A DNA stretch of 22,309 nt, from the NCBI GenBank assembly GCA_048882385.1, contig JBHLRQ010000048.1, positions 1-22,309 of the forward strand. Direction: 5' to 3'. Source of the stretch: Candidatus Thorarchaeota archaeon (GTDB taxonomy: Archaea > Asgardarchaeota > Thorarchaeia > Thorarchaeales > Thorarchaeaceae). Below, in pieces: positions 1 to 7,713 of the stretch. The first letter of the stretch is position 1. The number at the start of each line of letters is the position of its first letter. The position numbers were made by a program, and so were the translations under genes. Under the pieces are notes generated by a model. The model was not told where the DNA came from. It saw only the letters and a list, made by a program, of their open reading frames with translations, and did no database searches.

Positions 1-670
1 AACTGCTAGAGTAATTGATATGTAAAGATTCTAGCGCATCAAAGAGAACCACCTTTGAAGTTGGTCCTCCGCAACCAGATGGAATTTCAATCAAAATATC
101 GAATTGCGTGCCATCAGGTGCCAATCTATATCCAGTTTCAGAATCTATAGTGAAATTCAGCTCATCAAGAATAACATTTCCAATATCTGGCTGTGCGTTG
201 TAGTAATGATAATCAAAGTCGTTCTCTGCACACCACACATTACTCCGAGGAACAACTGAATCATGGGTAATCCCAAGTCCATCAAGGTAATGTGCAACGA
301 CCCGTTCTTTATCGAAAGCGAAGGCAATGGCTCTTCTTAGGCCACTAATATTGAGGGGATACTTGTCACAATTAAAAGTGAGATGACCATATCCGTTTCT
401 ATAAAATGCATAAACGCCAAAAACGAGTGATTCAGGTTCCAGTGGAGGGATGAGTGTTATATGAATGAAAGGCGCAACAATTTCAATTTCTCCACTTAGA
501 AGTCTGAGGGCTCTCTCGTCCTGACTTGTAATGACTTTGTATACGATGGCATCTATATATGGTCCCGTCTGAATCGTGTCTGAAGCAATTAATCTCAGGT
601 CTATACCTGCATACAAGGTAGGAGTGGACAGGAATATGATAAGAAGAACCAAAATCAGATTTTGCTTCAT
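1..670 (-). CDS. ABC transporter substrate-binding protein, family 5 (OppA/DppA-like), 5' part; runs off the window edge
   Basis: Not in the ORF track. Hand translation from the ATG at 670 is open to base 2: MKQNLILVLLIIFLSTPTLYAG...GPYIDAIVYKVITSQDERALRLLSGEIEI...RNGYGHLTFNCDKYPLNISGLRRAIAFAFDK...HDSVVP...GYRLAPDG. It has a signal peptide and the SBP-5 motifs GPYxD and N..P....LRRAIAFA.DK. GGTGA SD upstream (678-682). Confidence 0.88.
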   Translation of the reverse strand, partial: MKQNLILVLLIIFLSTPTLYAGIDLRLIASDTIQTGPYIDAIVYKVITSQDERALRLLSGEIEIVAPFIHITLIPPLEPESLVFGVYAFYRNGYGHLTFNCDKYPLNISGLRRAIAFAFDKERVVAHYLDGLGITHDSVVPRSNVWCAENDFDYHYYNAQPDIGNVILDELNFTIDSETGYRLAPDGTQFDILIEIPSGCGGPTSKVVLFDALESLHINYSSS

Positions 671-830
671 TCCTAAATCACCAATCTAATTAAACACTTC
701 TTTTCTAATCTGATATCTATTACTATCAAAGAAGTTACAATCCTTTCACTTCTATTTTGGAAACCTGACAGAACATCATGCTAACCTTAATACGAATCAA
801 TTCTCTCCTAGAAAAAGAGGATAGCATACG

Positions 831-2105
831 TTGCCAGGGCACAACATCCAGGCCATTCTAATTATGGAGCAAGGAGGGATTCCGCTATTCTTCATGAAGA
901 TAGATCCTCGAGCTAAAGAATTGGATCCGATGTTAGTTTCTGGTTTTTTCACAGCAATACAGACTTTTTCAAAAGAAGTGGTGGAACGCAGAAGTTCAAG
1001 ATTCCAAGTTGATTATGGTGCAAGATTATTTACTGTACTTTCTGGCAAGAACTCTGATCTTGTTGCTGTTAGTATGGGTGAATGTGATGATGAAGTCGTT
1101 GAAATACTCATTTCACTTCTCGATGAATTCGAGTCCACATGGTTGAAAGATCTAACGCGTGAAGCGATGGATTCACTGGACATCAACACTGAATTCATGG
1201 AATTCCGTGAATCGATTCTTCAAAATCTTACATTCAAACAGATTCTTGGAAGTTGGATTCCTTTCTTCGTTGGCTCTTCTGCTGGAACGTCCAAGACACA
1301 AGATAGTGTAGTAGTTCCCTTCATTGATGGTGTCCGAAATATAGATGAGATCATCAATGAAAGCGGAATGAATCGTGAGGATGTCACACTCGAGATAACA
1401 AGATTATGGGCATTGGGAGCACTTCAGTTTCGAAGTATATTGGCAGCTAGTGATGTTGTGGTGTCCACATCAAAACTGGATAGATTTCTACAATCATCAT
1501 CACCACAGAGAGCTGAATTAACCAGAACAAATCCTGACATTCTCGCTGTTGTTCCTCGAATGTCGACTCTCTTTGATGGTCGTCGAACGGTTGGAGCAAT
1601 CACTCGGTTTCTCTCTGAACAATATTCAGAACGGGCACTTATGCAAGCTTTTGATTTTCTCATGGAGCACAAAGCGATCGAAGTACTAACACCTGAGAAA
1701 CGAAGAATTCTCATGATCAAAGAAGCTCTGGAGATTGCTATCAAAGTATCAGAATCTGTTTACTCGGAATCTGCAACCTATGAAAATCTCAAGGCCACAT
1801 TGACTAAAGTAGCAATTCCTGAAGTAGTAGGCGAAGTGCTCCTTACTGATGGCAAATGGGAGGTCACATATGCCTCTCGACTTCATGAGGGCCTTGATCC
1901 TCGCAGATTGATGGAATTATACGCAGACTGGATTAAGATACTTGCTCAATTCTTGGCCGCGCTTGACAAATCTAAGATTCGTCAATACACAGAGGTTTTG
2001 ACTGATGCTTATGTTTCATATCTTCTAAAGCGATATACTGCTGATGATCTTCGAGGATTTGAAGAAATATCTTATTGGCTAGAAATAAACTGTGTTGGGA
2101 AGTGA
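831..2105 (+). CDS. Longin-domain protein with tandem winged-helix domains, NPRL2/Npr2 (GATOR1)-like, plus a C-terminal helical domain
   Basis: aa 1-135 carry the Asgard longin pattern (ILIMEQGGIPLF...DPMLVSGFFTAIQTFSKE...LLDEFE). aa 141-286 carry two wH units (PFIDGVRNIDEI...RLWALGALQF and LFDGRRTVGAI...FLMEHKAIEV). TTG start with GAGGA upstream. Confidence 0.75.
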   Translation: MPGHNIQAILIMEQGGIPLFFMKIDPRAKELDPMLVSGFFTAIQTFSKEVVERRSSRFQVDYGARLFTVLSGKNSDLVAVSMGECDDEVVEILISLLDEFESTWLKDLTREAMDSLDINTEFMEFRESILQNLTFKQILGSWIPFFVGSSAGTSKTQDSVVVPFIDGVRNIDEIINESGMNREDVTLEITRLWALGALQFRSILAASDVVVSTSKLDRFLQSSSPQRAELTRTNPDILAVVPRMSTLFDGRRTVGAITRFLSEQYSERALMQAFDFLMEHKAIEVLTPEKRRILMIKEALEIAIKVSESVYSESATYENLKATLTKVAIPEVVGEVLLTDGKWEVTYASRLHEGLDPRRLMELYADWIKILAQFLAALDKSKIRQYTEVLTDAYVSYLLKRYTADDLRGFEEISYWLEINCVGK

Positions 2106-2109
2106 AAAG

Positions 2110-2439
2110 ATGTCTGAGCCAGATCGACCAATTCGCAGACTTACTGAAACCTTGAGTAGAAGGGGTCAGACTATCTATGGAAGGCAGACAATAGTAGATC
2201 TGTGTGCTAAGACAGGTGTCTCTCTTTTGAACACTATCGATTATGGTGACCCTGATTCAGATGAAGCACTTCAGAATTTTCTTGTTCAATACTCAAAACT
2301 AAGCCCAGCAGCGAAACTGACAATCTTCATCCTCTCCAAGCAATATGGTGTTTCTTTACCAGAGGATTTTCTTGGGAAAAAGAAGGGTTTGAAAGACCGT
2401 CTTGAATCATTACAGGATTACTTGCCTTGGTCACCCTAG
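2110..2439 (+). CDS. Small hypothetical alpha-helical protein (109 aa) in the longin-GTPase cluster
   Basis: The ATG at 2110 is 4 nt after the upstream stop, so it is preferred over the overlapping TTG at 2092. Protein-like composition; fills the gap between two same-strand genes. Confidence 0.75.
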   Translation: MSEPDRPIRRLTETLSRRGQTIYGRQTIVDLCAKTGVSLLNTIDYGDPDSDEALQNFLVQYSKLSPAAKLTIFILSKQYGVSLPEDFLGKKKGLKDRLESLQDYLPWSP

Positions 2440-2501
2440 ATGCGTGTAGTCTTTAGAAAGATTGAACTACTCTCCAGCGCAACAGAAAATGGTCGTGTGG
2501 A

Positions 2502-3014
2502 ATGAGTCCTTCGTATCTGTACAAAGTTGTAACAGTGGGATCCTCAGCAGTAGGGAAGACTTCAATCATTATTCGATACACAACCGGGAAGTTCAGAGAG
2601 TACTATGCTCCAACCCTCGGTGCAGACTTCTCGATAAAGAGTATGGATATTGGTGACAATAGAGTCAAGCTTCAGATATGGGATCTAGGATCACAGGATT
2701 TCCTCGGACATGTACGAGCAGGCTATTATCACGGAGCACGAGGAGTCATCTATATGTATGATGTCACACGCCCTAGGAGTCTTGAAGAGTTATGGGCTTG
2801 GAAGAAAGAGGTCGATTCTCAATTAAAAGGCGTCAAAGCCCTTGTAGTTGCGAATAAGACCGATTTATCTAAGGATCGAAAGGTTTCTGTGGATGAAGGA
2901 GAGGATATCGCTGAGAAATTCCATGCAGATTATCTAGAAACCTCCGTAAAGCTGAACAAGGGCGTTGACGACGCATTTACAATTATTGCTAAGACTCTAA
3001 TGTCGGATGCTTGA
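2502..3014 (+). CDS. Rab-like small GTPase (Ras superfamily), no C-terminal lipidation motif
   Basis: G1 GSSAVGKT, G2 YAPT, G3 WDLGSQ (variant), G4 NKTD, G5 ETSVK. RabF-like motifs LGADF, KLQIW, YYHGA and MYDVT. Confidence 0.95.
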   Translation: MSPSYLYKVVTVGSSAVGKTSIIIRYTTGKFREYYAPTLGADFSIKSMDIGDNRVKLQIWDLGSQDFLGHVRAGYYHGARGVIYMYDVTRPRSLEELWAWKKEVDSQLKGVKALVVANKTDLSKDRKVSVDEGEDIAEKFHADYLETSVKLNKGVDDAFTIIAKTLMSDA

Positions 3015-3020
3015 ATGTAT

Positions 3021-4013
3021 CTACCTCTTTTTCACATAGACAACTGCGACCAACAGCAGAACAACGCCAATACTACTTCCTAACAGCAGAATCTCTGGTG
3101 AGATGTTCAACCCACTTGGCGGAGGATTTGTTGGCCATTCGGTGAGGTTCTGGACAGTTGGTGATGATTCAACCAGCCATTTCGAAATCTCTAACAAGAG
3201 GGGCCATTCTGAGTCTGGATCATTGTATTCATCCATATAGTCAGTGCCATCTCGAGAGTCGTTCTCTTCATATTCAAAATGAGGACTCGAAATAAACACA
3301 TTCCCCTCTCCATATGATGAGGCAACCATTGCTGGTAGATTATTGTGAGTATAGTTTGCTATGTAGATAAGTTCCTGTCCTTCATTTGGCAAAACGTAAC
3401 GTCCAGTAATGAAGAGTACAGACATATTCTCAGGCAGGGATGATAGGTCTGGTCCAGCTAAATCATGATTGATTGAAACATTGGTCATCCCTCGTGAATC
3501 TATGTCAGTCATTTGATATGATGTGCCATTTATGACAGCAAAATCAAACTCGGTCCAGATCCCCTCAAAGTATGAGTATTGAACGGCGATTGATGCACTA
3601 CCACGAACACCAATGTAGGAACCTCCGGCTGCAATCCAATCACGTATTGCATCGAGCCCTTCATCTGTCAGTTTGTGTTCGAGTGTTGGTCCCAATCCCT
3701 CAGGAATTGAAAGAACTTCACATGCCCACAATGAACCGTTGATGATATCAGTTGTATTGAAGATTCTAACTGTTGCATTCATCCACTCAAACATGCTGAT
3801 GAGTGCAGTACGACTTTCGTTTACTCTTTCATCATAATACCCAATATCGTAGATCCCCACAGTAATCCCTGTGAGGTCCGTTTGAGTCTCTGCTATCGGA
3901 TGACTACGTGTCATCCCATTTTTATAATTTTGACTCATAGAAGCAACAGCCACTGTATTTACTGAAATTAGAATAACGATAATACTCGTCACAATGAATC
4001 TAGCTTTGCACAC
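3021..4013 (-). CDS. Secreted, C-terminally membrane-anchored BPL_N / class I glutamine amidotransferase-like domain protein
   Basis: Signal peptide; GLDAIRDWIAAGGSYIG; YGEGNVFISSPHFE; Pro-rich linker, TM helix and VKKR tail. GTG start with GGAGG upstream. Confidence 0.78.
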   Translation of the reverse strand: MCKARFIVTSIIVILISVNTVAVASMSQNYKNGMTRSHPIAETQTDLTGITVGIYDIGYYDERVNESRTALISMFEWMNATVRIFNTTDIINGSLWACEVLSIPEGLGPTLEHKLTDEGLDAIRDWIAAGGSYIGVRGSASIAVQYSYFEGIWTEFDFAVINGTSYQMTDIDSRGMTNVSINHDLAGPDLSSLPENMSVLFITGRYVLPNEGQELIYIANYTHNNLPAMVASSYGEGNVFISSPHFEYEENDSRDGTDYMDEYNDPDSEWPLLLEISKWLVESSPTVQNLTEWPTNPPPSGLNISPEILLLGSSIGVVLLLVAVVYVKKR

Positions 4014-4240
4014 TAATCCGCGTCCTCCTATTCTTTATGATGGGGATATTCGATACACTATACAATAGGAGTAGTGTTTGGCGCAAGATTTTTCGAACTG
4101 CTGTCTATCTTCCTCTCCGCATCAAAACTCTGTCATTATGCATCTTGCATCTCATAGTCTGGTAGATACTCTTCAGCAAACAAGATGAGCTGAACTGATT
4201 GACGTTTATGCACGAATCAATGTGGAATTCTAAAAGTTGA

Positions 4241-4528
4241 TTATTCCATTGCTGACTCTGCCTCTCTTTTTCGTGCCCAGCATTTTTTCCCAAGAAATTC
4301 TGATGAAGCAATCAGTTCTCTTTCTTCCATGTTCCTCAGATGGTCTTTGAACTCCATGCAGGTGACGACTAGACCTTTGGTCAAGTGTAAGAACTTCTCA
4401 TAGAGTGTGGCTTCGAATTCAAGAACCGAATGACCGAAAGAGAGTAGGATTACATCCTCGATAAGAGGAGGAACTGTGTTGAGAACAATTCGTTCGCCAT
4501 TATATGCTTCAACTATGCGTGCGTCCAA
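4241..4528 (-). CDS. Small hypothetical protein, possibly winged-helix fold
   Basis: 95-aa ORF in otherwise empty space; TTG start with AGGTG upstream. The C-terminus (EFKDHLRNMEERELIASSEFLGKKCW) resembles a wH recognition helix plus wing. Confidence 0.6.
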   Translation of the reverse strand: MDARIVEAYNGERIVLNTVPPLIEDVILLSFGHSVLEFEATLYEKFLHLTKGLVVTCMEFKDHLRNMEERELIASSEFLGKKCWARKREAESAME

Positions 4529-4792
4529 CTATAACACCTGACACAAACTATTCGAATATCATTATATAATGACCATGAATCACGCTTACAAATCATTCTC
4601 AAAATCAGAGTCCATAAACTTCGAAATCCTGAATGAATCTTTATCAGAGTTCTAAAGATTACGAAAAAGGTTATACTCTTGTTGAATCTCATTCGTCAGT
4701 ATACCCGGCTTCTGATATTTCTTTTTACATAATTAACGGCAAATATTGCAGAGAACCCTATTAACACTTACAGGAATCAAAGTGGGAAGACT

Positions 4793-5746
4793 ATGAAATA
4801 CTACAATGATGTAAGCCAAATGATAGGAAGAACTCCTCTCGTAAGAATCAATCATCTCAATCACTATCCTGAAGTCACACTCCTTGCAAAGATTGAGAGC
4901 ACCAATCCTGGCGGAAGTGTGAAAGATCGAATCGCCAAGCATATGATTGATGATGCCATTGAGAGAGGGCTCTTAACAAAAGACAAAACCGTAATCGAAG
5001 CTACCAGTGGGAACACTGGTATCGGCATAGCAATGATTTGTGCCATCAGGGGATATAGTTGTGAGTTGGTCATGCCTGAATCCATGTCCATTGAGCGACG
5101 GAAAATTCTCGAAGCCTTTGGGGCTACAGTCACTCTAACGCCTGCAGAATCAGGAATGGATGGGGCTCAAGATTATGTGGACAATAAACTAAGGGAATCT
5201 CCAGAGCAATATTACTGTCCCAATCAATTTGATAATCCTGCGAACTGGATGGCGCATTATCAGACAACTGCAAAAGAGATATTCGCGGACACAGATGGCC
5301 AAGTGACTCATTTCGTCGCAGGGTTGGGAACATCTGGAACTCTGATGGGTGTAGGAAGAGGACTCAAAGAAAGAAATTCTGATGTCAAAATAATTTCAGT
5401 TGAACCCGCTGCTGGTTCACCCATCCAAGGATTGAAGGATCTAAGGACTCAATACATACCAGGAATCTTTGATGAGAGCATTCTCGACCACCGTATCTTT
5501 GTTGACGATCTCTCTGCAGAATGTTTCGCCAGATCCCTTGCCCAGGATGAAGGTCTCTTTGTTGGACAGAGCGCTGGGGCAGCAATGGCTGGTGCACTTG
5601 AGGTTGCAAAGGACCTCCACGAACAGGATACTAGTGAGTCCGTCATTGTTGTTCTACTGGCAGACTCTGGTTCGAAGTACATTAGTGGAGACCTCTTCTC
5701 TGTTCCTCAACACACACTCTGTGTAGATTCCTCAAAGGTATTCTGA
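4793..5746 (+). CDS. cysM: PLP-dependent cysteine synthase (O-acetyl/O-phosphoserine sulfhydrylase, CysM/CysK family)
   Basis: IGRTPLVRI, AKIESTNPGGSVKDR (PLP Lys), IEATSGNTG, NQFDNPAN..AHY.TT, GLGTSGT, EGLFVGQSAG. CysM versus CysK is not certain. Confidence 0.92.
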   Translation: MKYYNDVSQMIGRTPLVRINHLNHYPEVTLLAKIESTNPGGSVKDRIAKHMIDDAIERGLLTKDKTVIEATSGNTGIGIAMICAIRGYSCELVMPESMSIERRKILEAFGATVTLTPAESGMDGAQDYVDNKLRESPEQYYCPNQFDNPANWMAHYQTTAKEIFADTDGQVTHFVAGLGTSGTLMGVGRGLKERNSDVKIISVEPAAGSPIQGLKDLRTQYIPGIFDESILDHRIFVDDLSAECFARSLAQDEGLFVGQSAGAAMAGALEVAKDLHEQDTSESVIVVLLADSGSKYISGDLFSVPQHTLCVDSSKVF

Positions 5747-5848
5747 AATTCTCAATCTTCGATATAAACTGCGGAATTACGCAATTGTACAAAAAACGTA
5801 CCCCAAGGATAATAATGGAGATTGATTGCTTCTGCAACGAGGAGTTTG

Positions 5849-7687
5849 ATGAAAGTAGATTCTGAAGTCGTAAAGAAAGGTATCCTTGTTATTGGTGTCT
5901 TCATCACGACCATCGGTTTAGCTTTGCATCTCTCAATTCCTGGAACAACACGTAGTGGATTTCCGGTCAATGTTTCACCGACGGAAATGACTATTGAAAA
6001 TATCCAGGTATCGAATTCGATTGGGTACGAATTCGGGATTGAATTGATAGGTCCCGAGCAGATTCAAGGGTTTGATACCTCTGCATATCTTCTCGATTCT
6101 TTTCAATACGCAGACTATCTTTCTGGGACTCTATTGAATGAAACAGATGTGCTCATCAGCCTAGTCGGTGGAGGTAGAGGATTCTTCGAGATGACACTCA
6201 CTGAAGACCTCAATCTCTATCTCATTGTTACGAGTAACCACAACGAAACAATTCCTTGGTCATACTACTACTACATTCTCCCAGCCACCTTTTATCCCAC
6301 ATTCACAATGGCTTTTGCTGGTGCGTTCTTTACAATCACTGGACTTGCTTGGTTTTATAGCGGATGGAAAAGATGGGCGTTGACCGCCCTCGGAATACAA
6401 TCAATCTTCTTTTTCGTGAGAGTCTTTACACTTTCAACATATAGTCTAAACTTACCAGACATATTCTGGGATTTTATACACACTGAACTCTACAATGACT
6501 ACCAGTACTTCTATCTCTCATGGATTCCGAGACTATGGGAGGGTGCTTGGGCTTATTCAGCTGACTTGGCAGTCTATCTTTATCCTCCCCTCTGGATCTA
6601 TACTGTTGGATTACTTGGATCAACACCATCCTGGTTTCCCGGTCTTATTCTTTTCACATTTAATGCAGCCACAGGTGTTGTGATCTACAGAATTATGATG
6701 GAACTGACTGGGAATGACATGCAATCAAGAATAGCTATGATTCTCTATATGCTGAATCCTTTCACCATCTTTTATGGGGCTTTCATGTGGTTGAATCCTA
6801 CTCCGTATGTCTTCTTTGTGACTCTGTCATTCTACCTAGCTCTGAAAGAGAAGGCCGCATATTCTATCGCCACTCTGGCGCTAGCAACACTCTACAAACA
6901 GTTTGCAGTGATTTTCTTCCCAATCATTGTCATCCTTCTTGTCAAACAGAAAGTGGATATTCCACTCAAAAGTAAGTTCTTTCTATTTCTAAAGCAAACT
7001 GTAATCTATACCAGTATAGTTGGGTTAGTATCATTGCCATTTCTCATCGTAAGTCCTAATGAATTCCTCAACCAGATGCTCCTATGGAACACAGGCGCAT
7101 ACAACCGTTTGGTCGTATTCATCCCTGAATCTTGGATGACAGTTCATGCAAATACATTCTTTCTATGGTTAGGATTCCCATCATGGTTTATAGAGCCTGT
7201 AGCATTCTTACTAAGCAACTACGTGTTCTTGATTCTCTGTGGATTCCTCATCTATGGAGGATTCTCATTCTGGAAACCGCGGTTTGAGAAGGGCAAAGAG
7301 AAAGTTCGCAATCAATCAGCATTCATGAAAGCAATTTTGTGGAGCTTTGTAGCAGTGATGAGTGTTCAGCTATTCTATCCAAGAGGTGCATACAAGTTTT
7401 ACCTACTTGCACTCACTCCTTTCATGGCTCTTCTGTTTGACTACAAAGATTTGGAGTTAAGCTCGAAGAAGCAATTTACTTTCCAGAACCATCACATTCT
7501 TCCAATACTGTTGTCTTGGGCCATCTTCTTGTGTTATCGGTTCGTGTATTTCTGGCTCCTCGGTGCTTGGGTCCTTTTCTATCTATATAGAAGTGGAGAT
7601 CTATCCAGAATCTCAACGGGAATTGTTGGACAGTTCAAACGAAACGAAAGGCAACCAGCTGAGCTTGAGGATATCTACACAGAATAA
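5849..7687 (+). CDS. Polytopic GT-C fold glycosyltransferase (GT87/mannosyltransferase-like) with an N-terminal extracytoplasmic domain
   Basis: Many TM helices. The first large loop has ELYNDYQYFY and YLYPPLW, followed by LYMLNPF and LATLYKQF, as in GT-C enzymes. The ATG at 5849 follows GAGGAG and is preferred over the TTG at 5822. Confidence 0.7.
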   Translation: MKVDSEVVKKGILVIGVFITTIGLALHLSIPGTTRSGFPVNVSPTEMTIENIQVSNSIGYEFGIELIGPEQIQGFDTSAYLLDSFQYADYLSGTLLNETDVLISLVGGGRGFFEMTLTEDLNLYLIVTSNHNETIPWSYYYYILPATFYPTFTMAFAGAFFTITGLAWFYSGWKRWALTALGIQSIFFFVRVFTLSTYSLNLPDIFWDFIHTELYNDYQYFYLSWIPRLWEGAWAYSADLAVYLYPPLWIYTVGLLGSTPSWFPGLILFTFNAATGVVIYRIMMELTGNDMQSRIAMILYMLNPFTIFYGAFMWLNPTPYVFFVTLSFYLALKEKAAYSIATLALATLYKQFAVIFFPIIVILLVKQKVDIPLKSKFFLFLKQTVIYTSIVGLVSLPFLIVSPNEFLNQMLLWNTGAYNRLVVFIPESWMTVHANTFFLWLGFPSWFIEPVAFLLSNYVFLILCGFLIYGGFSFWKPRFEKGKEKVRNQSAFMKAILWSFVAVMSVQLFYPRGAYKFYLLALTPFMALLFDYKDLELSSKKQFTFQNHHILPILLSWAIFLCYRFVYFWLLGAWVLFYLYRSGDLSRISTGIVGQFKRNERQPAELEDIYTE

Positions 7688-7713
7688 ACATCAAATTTGA
7701 ATCATGATTTTCC

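Noticed and set aside
15-203. 62-aa plus-strand ORF
   Set aside because: Antisense shadow of the SBP gene.
2440-2501. Imperfect inverted repeat (GTAGT...ACTAC with inner TCTTT/AAAGA) before the GTPase gene
   Set aside because: Short and bulged; not distinguishable from chance.
2462-2656. 64-aa ORF overlapping the GTPase gene
   Set aside because: Out-of-frame overlap with a well-supported gene; no motifs.
4105-4311. 68-aa minus-strand ORF
   Set aside because: Overlaps the 95-aa gene in another frame; no SD or motif.
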